Source of the DNA: Nitrospirota bacterium
GTDB lineage: Bacteria > Nitrospirota > Nitrospiria > Nitrospirales > Nitrospiraceae
Assembly: GCA_963703955.1 (NCBI GenBank)
Contig: CAVPGK010000018.1
Span: 32,001 to 96,000 of the forward strand
Reading direction: 5' to 3'
DNA: 64,000 bases
Shown here: positions 9,537 to 18,176 of the stretch, in pieces
How the letters are laid out: every line of letters starts with the position of its first letter
How positions within the stretch are numbered: the stretch's first letter is position 1
The notes under the pieces: generated by a model
The model's database searches: none
What the model was told of the DNA's origin: nothing
The model's input: the letters and a program-made list of their open reading frames with translations, nothing else
Position numbers and translations under genes: made by a program

Positions 9537-10559
9537 TTGAAAGCTCAGAGCGAACAGCGAGCGGCGAACCGCAGGAAAGCGTCTGTGGTGATTCGCTATG
9601 CACTATTCGCTGTTGGCTACGTGCTGATGATGTGCCCCGCGCAGGGTGATGACACGGGACCTCCTTCCATGAAGCGACGACAGCAAGGCATCCTCACCGG
9701 TATGCCGTTCATGGCGAATCTGGCGTCGCGGACGTTCGTGGACGATTTGGGCCGGAAGATCTACCTGTCGAAACCCCCTACCCGCGTCGTGTCTTTGGCG
9801 CCAAGCATTACCGAAACCCTATTCGCGATCGGACTCGGTGAGCGAGTGGTCGGAGTCACGCAATTTTGCGACTATCCACCGGAGGCGCGGACCAAGCCCA
9901 AGGTTGGATACATGCATCCAAATGTTGAATCAATTGTTGCCTTGCAACCAGACCTCGTATTGGCGCCGCGGGAGTTCATTCGCCCAGACATCCTCGGCAA
10001 ACTCGAACAATTGAAGATTCCCGCGTTCATTCTGGACGCGAAGACAGCGGAAGACATTCCCTCGCACATCCAGACGATCGGCCGGATGCTCGATCATACC
10101 GGGCCGGCGAATCAGACGGCTATGGCGCTCAGGCAGCGTCTGGCGGAGTTGCGGACCAAAATTGAAGCGCTGCCGCGCCCTCGCGTGCTCTATGTGCTCA
10201 ACAGCCAGCCTCTTATCACTGTGGGACCAGGCAGCTTTCTCCATCACCTGATCGAACTGGCCGGCGGCGCCAACGTGGCGGCCCGGGCGAAGGCGCCCTA
10301 TCCACGTCTGAACATGGAGGAGGTCATCAAGGAAGACCCGGAGTTGATCGTGTTTCCGGGGGGCGGAGCCGAGGGCATCCCGGAGCCCGAGCGCCAACTC
10401 TGGCAGCGATGGACAACGATCTCCGCGGTCAGGCATCGGCGGTTTCATGAAGTGCCGAGCGATCTGCTGAACCGACCTGGGCCTCGTATCGTGCAAGGAT
10501 TGGAACGTCTCGCACGAATCATTCACCCGGAAGCATTTACCGACTCCCTGACTCCCTGA
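9537..10559 (+). CDS. btuF: cobalamin ABC transporter periplasmic binding protein (start uncertain)
   Basis: RVVSLAPSITETLFAIG, VGVTQFCDYP, LNRPGPR; riboswitch context. Confidence 0.88.
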   Translation: MKAQSEQRAANRRKASVVIRYALFAVGYVLMMCPAQGDDTGPPSMKRRQQGILTGMPFMANLASRTFVDDLGRKIYLSKPPTRVVSLAPSITETLFAIGLGERVVGVTQFCDYPPEARTKPKVGYMHPNVESIVALQPDLVLAPREFIRPDILGKLEQLKIPAFILDAKTAEDIPSHIQTIGRMLDHTGPANQTAMALRQRLAELRTKIEALPRPRVLYVLNSQPLITVGPGSFLHHLIELAGGANVAARAKAPYPRLNMEEVIKEDPELIVFPGGGAEGIPEPERQLWQRWTTISAVRHRRFHEVPSDLLNRPGPRIVQGLERLARIIHPEAFTDSLTP

Positions 10560-10563
10560 ATCT

Positions 10564-11715
10564 GTGATGCAGACCGTCACCCCCCCAACGAACCGTGAGC
10601 ACAGCGCCGCCGAACGTGCCCCATGCCGCCATCAGGCCGCCGCGGCGGGGTCGAGAGACCGATCCATCGACGGGTCGATTCTGACCCACGGTCGCTGGCG
10701 CAGGGTGATGCTGGTCCTCGCTGCAGCGAGCATCCTCGTCATCATGCTGAGCCTGCGCGCGGGGGCGGAACCTATTCCGTTCGCGGAGGCGCTGCGGATT
10801 CTGTGGCGGTTCATGCAAGAGGGCCAGGCGGGCGTTGAAACTTCCGGCTCGTCGGGCGTTATTCTGATGCAGGTACGCCTGCCGCGGGTGATCCTCGCGT
10901 TTCTGGTGGGCGGGTCGCTGGCCGCGGTCGGGGTTGGGCTTCAGGCCTTGTTGCGGAATCCCTTGGCGGATCCGTACGTGCTTGGTATCTCGAGCGGAGC
11001 GGCGCTAGGCGCCGCGTGCGCCATGCTGTTCGGGCTGGGCGTAACGGCCATCGGGATCTCGCTGCTGCCCCTGTGCGCATTCGGCGGCGGTCTCCTCTCG
11101 ATCCTGCTGGTGTATCGCATCGCCGTATCGCACGGGCATCTGCCGTTGCACACGCTGCTCCTGGCCGGCGTCATTCTGAACGCGGTCTTTTCCGCGCTCA
11201 TCATGTTCATGACATCTATCATGGACCCCAATCGTTCCTTTGGGATGATGTCCTGGCTTATGGGCACGCTGCAGGCCCCGGATTACCCGGCGCTGCTTGC
11301 GCTGGCGTTGTACCTGGGGATTGGTGGGATCGTGCTGTTTGCGCAGGCAAGGCCATTGAATCTGCTGGCTTTCGGCGAACAGACTGCGCGATCGCTCGGC
11401 ATCGAAGTCGAATCGGTCAAGAAACGGGTATTCGTGACCTCGGCACTGCTGACCGGAGCGGTCGTCTCCGTCAGCGGGCTCATCGGATTCGTGGGGATGG
11501 TGATCCCGCATGCGGTGCGGATAGTGGTCGGCGCCGACCACCGGCTGCTATTGCCCGCATCGGCATTGGCCGGTGGAATGTTCCTGACGGCGGCGGACGC
11601 GCTCGCGCGCACCCTGCTCGCGCCGGGAGAAATTCCGGTAGGCGTGGTGACGGCCTTGGCTGGAGGTCCGTTCTTCCTCTATCTGCTCATGCGGCGCAAG
11701 GGGGAGTTTGTCTAG
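10564..11715 (+). CDS. btuC: cobalamin ABC transporter permease (FecCD family)
   Basis: RLPR, LRNPLADPYVLGISSGA, GLIGFVG, EIPVGVVTA. Confidence 0.9.
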   Translation: MMQTVTPPTNREHSAAERAPCRHQAAAAGSRDRSIDGSILTHGRWRRVMLVLAAASILVIMLSLRAGAEPIPFAEALRILWRFMQEGQAGVETSGSSGVILMQVRLPRVILAFLVGGSLAAVGVGLQALLRNPLADPYVLGISSGAALGAACAMLFGLGVTAIGISLLPLCAFGGGLLSILLVYRIAVSHGHLPLHTLLLAGVILNAVFSALIMFMTSIMDPNRSFGMMSWLMGTLQAPDYPALLALALYLGIGGIVLFAQARPLNLLAFGEQTARSLGIEVESVKKRVFVTSALLTGAVVSVSGLIGFVGMVIPHAVRIVVGADHRLLLPASALAGGMFLTAADALARTLLAPGEIPVGVVTALAGGPFFLYLLMRRKGEFV

Positions 11716-12575
11716 TGAGTACCCCAGGGGCCACGGCCTACAGGGTTAGGGACCTGGCGTTCCGCTACGGACCCGGTAGTACGACAGGGGCGGCCGATGG
11801 CGTGTGGGCGGTGGATGGCGTGTCTTTCGAGATTCAGGCAGGCGAGGTTCTCGGCATCATCGGTCCCAACGGGTCCGGTAAGACTTCATTGCTCAAGCTC
11901 CTCGTTAAAGTGCTGCGGCCGCAACGTGGGGAGGTGCATCTCTTCGGGAGGTTGCTGGGCACGCTGCCGCAACAGGAAGTCGCCCGAGGTGTCGCGCTTG
12001 TGCCGCAAGACCACCAGCCGATGTTTCCGTTCACCATCCTTGAGACCGTGATGATGGGACGCTTTCCTCATCAGCCGCCAGGCCGATTGAGCCTTATCGG
12101 GTGGGAGAGCGAAAACGATCGTCGCGTGGCCGAGCAGGCCATGTGTGATATGGATGTTGCCCATTTAGCCGCACGCTCCATTCATTCCGTATCGGGAGGC
12201 GAACGGCAGCGCGCGATCATCGCCAGAGCGCTGGCCCAGGAACCGAGCGTCCTGTTGCTGGATGAACCCACGGCGTTTCTGGACCTCAATCATCAGGTCG
12301 AAATCTGCGGCATCTTGCGCCGGCTGAATGAGGAACGGAGACTGACCGTTGTCCTCGTGTCCCACGACCTCAACCTGGCTAGCCAGTATTGTGACCACGT
12401 CATGTTGCTTGAGAGCGGCCGGGTGTATCGAGTGGGGACACCGGAGCAGGTCATTCGACCAGAGGTCCTGGAAGTTGTGTATCACTGTGAGGTGCTGATC
12501 GATCGACATCCGTTGTCCGGCTTGCCTCGCGTGACACTGCCGGGGAGGCCTGGAAGGCGCGTTGCGAAAGCGTGA
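11715..12575 (+). CDS. btuD: cobalamin ABC transporter ATPase
   Basis: GPNGSGKT, SGGERQR, LLLDEPT, SHDLN; GTG start overlaps the btuC stop. Confidence 0.9.
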   Translation: MSTPGATAYRVRDLAFRYGPGSTTGAADGVWAVDGVSFEIQAGEVLGIIGPNGSGKTSLLKLLVKVLRPQRGEVHLFGRLLGTLPQQEVARGVALVPQDHQPMFPFTILETVMMGRFPHQPPGRLSLIGWESENDRRVAEQAMCDMDVAHLAARSIHSVSGGERQRAIIARALAQEPSVLLLDEPTAFLDLNHQVEICGILRRLNEERRLTVVLVSHDLNLASQYCDHVMLLESGRVYRVGTPEQVIRPEVLEVVYHCEVLIDRHPLSGLPRVTLPGRPGRRVAKA

Positions 12576-12676
12576 TGATCTCAGGCTGCAGGATGGATCC
12601 GTACCCGGTCCATCTGTTCGCTATAGAAAGGGGTACAGAACCGCAGACCAGGAGGTAGCGAGTGACAAGTCGTCAG
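12573..12676 (+). repeat. direct repeat, copy 1 (duplicate of the riboswitch-2 upstream leader)
   Basis: TGATGATCTCAGG..GGATGGATCCGTACCCGGTCCATCTGTTCGCTAT..GGGGTACAG..GACAAGTCGTCAG recurs at 13430-13526. Confidence 0.9.
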
Positions 12677-12846
12677 TGTCATCCACGCACTTCTCGGCTG
12701 GTAACTTCTCCACGCGGTGCCCTTGTTGCGACAGGGAATCCCTTGTGCCACATTTGGCGAGCGGAACGGATTGGTTAGGTAGAGATTGAATTATCACAGA
12801 GATGAAACAATCATTGACCATTAGGCAGTCGCCCGATTGAGAATCC

Positions 12847-13239
12847 ATGCCCAGCTTTAGACAAGTCATACCGCGCCTTCCGGTCAGTGACCTAAACCGC
12901 ACCATTGCCTTTTACCGTGACCACTTCGGGTTCGAAGTAAGTGTCATTTGGCCACGTCAGCGCCCCACATTCGTGATGCTATGTCGTGATGGGGCGGGCC
13001 TCGGCTTTTTCGAGCCAACTGAACAGCCTGTAGTGATCGGTTACGCGGAGCTTTATATTGAACTTACAGACTGCCAGACACTACACGACTGGCTTAAAAC
13101 CCGATTGCCGATCGAATGGGGCCCGGAAGTCTATTCCTACCGTCGCCGCGAATTTGCCGTGCGAGATCAAGATGGCTATTTGATTATCTTCACTGAGCCG
13201 ACGAACGAACCACCGACCACAAGTGAACCCGCAGAGTGA
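12847..13239 (+). CDS. VOC / glyoxalase-bleomycin resistance family protein
   Basis: IPRLPVSDLNRTIAFYRDHFGF; YRRREFAVRDQDGYLIIF. Confidence 0.85.
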   Translation: MPSFRQVIPRLPVSDLNRTIAFYRDHFGFEVSVIWPRQRPTFVMLCRDGAGLGFFEPTEQPVVIGYAELYIELTDCQTLHDWLKTRLPIEWGPEVYSYRRREFAVRDQDGYLIIFTEPTNEPPTTSEPAE

Positions 13240-13432
13240 GGGGCGATTGAAAAAACCTGCGAACATTGCGGGCAGACGTTCGAGAGCGTGGCTACCAGTG
13301 CTGGTGCGGCGGGTTGGGAATTACCGAACGGCAGATGGAAGGGATCGCGGATCGGTTTCAGGACTGTTCGTGCCCTGCGTGTCTCAAGAAGGTCGGCAGG
13401 GAAGGCCCGGCAGTCGAGTCGTGTAGCCATGA
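13236..13432 (+). pseudogene. decayed Cys-rich CWC-family gene, paralog of 17311..17523
   Basis: Across two frameshifts reads IEKTCEHCGQTFE / GYQCWCG...IADRFQDCSCPACLKKV. Confidence 0.75.
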
Positions 13433-13526
13433 TGATCTCAGGATGGATGGATCCGTACCCGGTCCATCTGTTCGCTATCGAGGGGTACAGGACCACCAGG
13501 AGGGAGTAGCGAGGACAAGTCGTCAG
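13430..13526 (+). repeat. direct repeat, copy 2 (runs into P1 of riboswitch 2)
   Basis: Matches 12573-12676. Confidence 0.9.
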
Positions 13527-13730
13527 CGACGGGGAAGATGGTGCAAAGCCATCACGGTGCCGCCACTGTAAGTGGGGAGTGACTCTGCACGAATGCCACT
13601 GTCTGGAAAGCAGTGAGCCGTCAGCGGTCAGGAAGAAGCTGAAGACCGATAGCTGAAAGTTGATTAACGTTTCAGACGGGAAGGCGCGGAGTCGCGATGA
13701 TCCACGAGTCAGGAGACCCGACTGACGGAT
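13519..13730 (+). ncRNA. cobalamin riboswitch 2
   Basis: GGGGAA-GATGGTGCAAAGCCATC, GCCGCCACTGTAA, GCCACTG...GGGAAGG, GAGTCAGGAGACC; closing stem CGTCAG/CTGACG; upstream of btuB. Confidence 0.93.
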
Positions 13731-13766
13731 GTGTTTATTCACCCTTCGAGCCAAAGGGAGGAGAAC

Positions 13767-15805
13767 ATGCGTCCAGTCTGTTGGAGCCGACCCGGTTTTG
13801 TCCTCGTCTGGTGCTTGATCGTTCCATTCATTGACGAACCCACGACAGCTGCCGCCGAGGAAGAAACGTCGGTTGCGCAGGTCCTTGAAACCGAAGAGGT
13901 CGTGGTCAGCGCGACCAAAACTGAGATTCCGGTCAAGCAGGTCACCAGCGCCGTGGAGGTCATTACGGGGGAGCAGTTGCAGCAGCGGAAGGTGAGAACC
14001 GTTGCGGAAGCGCTTCGCCTGCGCTCAGGGGCTGGCGGTATTTCAAAGCGGTGGCCCTGGCACACTCGTCGACGTTCGGATGCGCGGTGGAACTCCGGAA
14101 CAGACTCTCGTCTTGATCGATGGTGCGATCGTCAATAGCGCCACGGTCGGCACGTATGACTTCGCCAATCTGACGTCCGACAACATCGAGCGGATTGAAA
14201 TCTTGCGAGGGAACCAGAGCATGTTGTGGGGATCGGACGCCATGGGCGGAGTGATCAATATTACCACGAAGCGCGGACGTGACACCCCGAACCTATCTGC
14301 CTTTTTTGAGTACGGTTCCTTCGTTACGCTTCGTGAGGGAGCCAATCTGACCGGAAAGAAGGGACCGATGGACTTTGCTTTTTCGCTCTCCCGCTGGGAT
14401 ACAGCGAGCTTCTCGACCATCAATTATCGGCGAGGCGCGGCTGAGCGTGATGGATACCACAACTGGCAGGGATCTGCCCGGCTGGGGTTCGACCTTCCGA
14501 AAGAGGGACGGTTCGAGTTTGATTTCCGGTGGATGAACGGGATCGTGAACTTCGATGGGTTTGCGTTCAATCCGGTGACGTTCGAATCCGATCCCGCCGA
14601 TGTCTACGGCGCGAGAAGCCAAAGCAACCAATATGTCTTCGCCGGCAACTACATGCAACCGATCACGGACTGGTGGTCACAAAAGCTGACCTTGGCGCGT
14701 GCGACCGACAATCTTGTCTCGTTTGCTGGAACGGTCCAGCGGAATATAGTGACCGGAGTGACGGAGGATGTGCCCTTCCCGTTTCACACCGACATCAATA
14801 CGACGAGCAACCGGATCGAGTGGCAGCATAACTTTCAGATTGGGAAACCCTTGCTTCTGACGGCGGGTTATCAGTTTAGAGAACAACTGGGCGAGAATAT
14901 CGATCTCACCACGAACACGACCGACCATTCCGAACAAGATCGTCAGCAGCAATGCGGGATTTGCCGAAGCTCAGCTCAATCTCTGGGACCGTCTGTTCGG
15001 AACGGCGGGCATCCGGTACGACGACTACAATGTCTTCGGGAGCGCCACGACCTATCGCCTGACGGGAGGCTACCTGCACCAGGAAACCGGCACCAAGCTC
15101 CGTGGCAGCTATGGGACCGGATTCCGCGCCCCCACGATCAACCAATTGTTCTTCCCCGACTTCGGCAATCCCAACCTGCAACCGGAGAAGAGCCAAGGGT
15201 GGGATCTGGCGATCGACCAGACCTTGTTCAACGAGCGCGTGACGCTCAGCGCCGGGTATTTCTATACGCGGTATCGCAACCTCATTGTATCGGTCTTCGA
15301 TCCGGTCGGATGTGGGTTCACTCTGTTTGGATTTTGCGCCCAGAACCGTGGCCTTTCCACGGCCGATGGGGTAGAAGCGAGCGCGACGGTCAGGCTCGCG
15401 CGGGATCAGGCGTGGATCAAGAGTTTGGATCTGCGGTTTCAATACACGTACACGAGCACGCACGATTTGACAGACAACCAGGACACACGCCTGCCGAAGT
15501 GGCCGCTGAACCAGTGGTCGGCCATACTCAGCTACCAACCGATCGAGCGGCTGCGGGCCAATTTGGAGGGTCGGTATGTCGGACAACGGTTTAATAATGT
15601 TTCCAACCAGCAATCGATCCCGTCCTTCTATGTCTGGAACCTTTCCGCGACCTATGATGTGAACAAGAATGTTCAGGTCTATATGCGTGCCGACAACATC
15701 TTCAACGCGAAATATGAAGAGGTTCTTTTCTTCGGAACTCCGATTCGCTCGATCTTTGGGGGCGTGAGGGTGAATTTTGACGTTCCACTAGGAACCCGAT
15801 CATGA
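13767..15805 (+). pseudogene. btuB: TonB-dependent corrinoid receptor with two +1 frameshifts (~14022, ~14923); possibly sequencing errors
   Basis: TonB box EEVVVSATKT, plug motif IERIEILRGNQSMLWGSDAMGGVINITTK, GTGFRAPT..GNPNLQPEKS, C-terminal NIFNAKY; spread over three frames. Confidence 0.85.
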
Positions 15806-17220
15806 CCAACTACCCGCGTTTGGTCATTGCCGGAACTCATAGCGGCGTCGGCAAAACAACGGTGACGCTGGCGCTGCTGGCGGCGCTGAAGGTCCGCGGC
15901 CGAGAGGTCCAGGCCTTCAAAGCAGGGCCTGATTTCATCGATCCAAGTCACCACGCCGCCGTCACGGGCCGTCCTTCTCGTAATCTCGATGGTTGGATGC
16001 TCGGAGCGGAACAGAATCGACAGATCTTCACTCATGCTGCCGCCGATGCAGATCTCTCGATCATCGAGGGAATGATGGGCCTCTATGATGGCAGTTCGCC
16101 CACCAATGAAGTCGGCAGCACGGCTGAGTTGGCGAAACAACTCGATGCTCCTGTGTTGCTGGTGATCGACGGCAGCGCCATGGCTCGCTCGGCCGCCGCG
16201 ATGGCGTCCGGGTATGCGCGCTTTGATCAAGCTGTGCAAGTTGCCGGAGTCTTATTCAACCGCGTGAGCGGTGAGGGACATTACCTCCTGCTCAAAGAGG
16301 CGGTAGAGGCAGAAGCGAATCTCACCGTCGTAGGATACCTGCGACCTGATGCGGCTCTCACTGTTCCCGACCGGCATCTGGGTCTGGTGACCGCGCTTGA
16401 ACACGGGTCACACGATTTCTATGATCGGTTGGCGCAGGCGGCGGGGCAAACGGTGGATCTGGACCGTGTAGAGGCGTTGGCCCGGTCATGCGACGAGTTG
16501 GAGGTCCACTTGGACATTGGCTCAGTACCGAACAATGATCGCGTGCCTCCTGATTATCTAGTCCGTGTTGGCGTTGCCCACGATCCTGCCTTTTGTTTCT
16601 ACTATCATGAGAATCTCGAGTTGCTGGAGGCGGAGGGGGCGGAGATCATCAGATTTTCTCCCCTCCGAGACCGGACCCTGCCAGAAATTGACCTGCTCTA
16701 TCTGGGCGGAGGCTATCCGGAGCTCCATGGGGAGGCGCTGGCCAGCAATGTCGGCATGCGGAACGCGATTCGCGAGTTCGCGAGTCGAGGAGGGACGATC
16801 TATGCCGAGTGCGGAGGCCTGATGTATCTGACGCGGGCGATCCAGGATTTTGACGGGCGTCCTCACGAGATGGTCGGGTTATTCGACGCCGAAGCGGTGA
16901 TGCGAAAGCCGGCTTTGACGCTGGGCTATCGAGAGATTGAGATCACGCGTCCTTGTCCTTTAGGGGCCGTCGGGCTGAAAGCACGCGGTCACGAATTTCA
17001 TTACTCCTCGCTGGTACCGACCGGCGCGCTGAACTACTCCTGCACAGTCACCGGCGCGCAAGGTGAATCCCGAGGGCACGACGGTCTGATCGCGGGAAAC
17101 ACCATCGCCCTATACGCGCACATTCATTTTGCGAGTCAGCCACATCTGGCGCGCGCGCTGGTGGCCTCCGCACGCGGGAACCGTTCACATCTTGCTGCTG
17201 ATCGGAATCGTGCACCATAA
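15802..17220 (+). CDS. cbiA: cobyrinate a,c-diamide synthase
   Basis: GTHSGVGKTT, FKAGPDFIDP, EGMMGLYDG, YAECGGLMYL, GHEFHY. Confidence 0.93.
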   Translation: MTNYPRLVIAGTHSGVGKTTVTLALLAALKVRGREVQAFKAGPDFIDPSHHAAVTGRPSRNLDGWMLGAEQNRQIFTHAAADADLSIIEGMMGLYDGSSPTNEVGSTAELAKQLDAPVLLVIDGSAMARSAAAMASGYARFDQAVQVAGVLFNRVSGEGHYLLLKEAVEAEANLTVVGYLRPDAALTVPDRHLGLVTALEHGSHDFYDRLAQAAGQTVDLDRVEALARSCDELEVHLDIGSVPNNDRVPPDYLVRVGVAHDPAFCFYYHENLELLEAEGAEIIRFSPLRDRTLPEIDLLYLGGGYPELHGEALASNVGMRNAIREFASRGGTIYAECGGLMYLTRAIQDFDGRPHEMVGLFDAEAVMRKPALTLGYREIEITRPCPLGAVGLKARGHEFHYSSLVPTGALNYSCTVTGAQGESRGHDGLIAGNTIALYAHIHFASQPHLARALVASARGNRSHLAADRNRAP

Positions 17221-17310
17221 CGGATCAGACGGGGGCAGTGAAGCTTCCGCTTCGCAAAGGAATCAAGCGCAGAAGGGCGTAGAGTTCTGACGGTCTGAGA
17301 GAGGGCCGAC

Positions 17311-17523
17311 ATGAGAGGACCGGTTGACAAGTGTTGCGAGCACTGCGGCCAAGCCTTTACCTGTGGGCAGTATGGCTGCTGGTGCGGCCGCATGGCGATC
17401 ACGGATGCGCAACTCGATTGGATTGTCGGTCGTTTTCAAGACTGCCTCTGTCCCGACTGCTTGCACAAGGTCAGCACGGGGGAATTAGGGCCTTCCGGAG
17501 AGCGCCCATCACAGAGGAGGTAG
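17311..17523 (+). CDS. cysteine-rich CWC family small protein
   Basis: CEHCGQAFTC..CWC..DCLCPDCL. Confidence 0.8.
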   Translation: MRGPVDKCCEHCGQAFTCGQYGCWCGRMAITDAQLDWIVGRFQDCLCPDCLHKVSTGELGPSGERPSQRR

Positions 17524-17528
17524 CCGGG

Positions 17529-18125
17529 ATGCGCATCACCAAAGTCTACACTCGCACCGGCGATGCCGGGAAAACGCGGCTGGCCGGCGGCCAGCAGGTC
17601 TGGAAGGACAGTCTCCGGGTCGAGGCCTACGGAACCGTGGACGAGCTGAATTCGTCGATCGGGGTCGTGCGCGTGTTCAACACCGACAAGGTTGGAACAT
17701 ATCCCCAGGCCGCTCGTCTTGAGGAGGAGCTCCGCTGGATCCAGAACAAGCTGTTCGATGTCGGCGCTCTTCTGGCGACCGCTCCGGGCCAGACCTTCAA
17801 GAATATGCCCCAACTTACAGCCCAGGATGTGACACGCCTGGAACGGCTCATCGATGATTGCCAGAAGGAATTGGCCCCACTGAAGGAATTCATCCTTCCC
17901 GGCGGCGGCAAGGTCTCTGGATTGCTCCATCAAGCACGGACGATTTGCCGACGAGCGGAACGCGTGTGCGTGCAATTGGCCCGCGACGAGGTCGTCGACC
18001 CACTCATCGTCAAACTTCTCAACCGCCTCAGCGATGCCTTGTTTGTCTTGGCTCGTTGGGTCGCCAAAACCCAGGGAGAACCCGAATTTCAATGGGAACG
18101 GAACGTCAAAAAAACCGAGGGTTGA
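17529..18125 (+). CDS. pduO: ATP:corrinoid adenosyltransferase, PduO type
   Basis: KVYTRTGDAGKT, EAYGTVDELNS, FILPGG, RTICRRAER, LNRLSD. Confidence 0.93.
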   Translation: MRITKVYTRTGDAGKTRLAGGQQVWKDSLRVEAYGTVDELNSSIGVVRVFNTDKVGTYPQAARLEEELRWIQNKLFDVGALLATAPGQTFKNMPQLTAQDVTRLERLIDDCQKELAPLKEFILPGGGKVSGLLHQARTICRRAERVCVQLARDEVVDPLIVKLLNRLSDALFVLARWVAKTQGEPEFQWERNVKKTEG

Positions 18126-18176
18126 AGACTGCGTCGGACCGCGACCCTCAGTCCTCGTGACTCGGCAGCGGCAAAT

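Noticed and set aside
9166..9649. Several ORFs over 9166-9649 and 13176-13754
   Set aside because: They are translations of the riboswitches and repeats
11016..11714. Long N-terminal extension of the ABC ATPase ORF (519 aa)
   Set aside because: Off-frame overlap with btuC; the ATPase starts at GTG 11715
14002..14930. Programmed ribosomal frameshifting in btuB
   Set aside because: No slippery heptamer or homopolymer at either site
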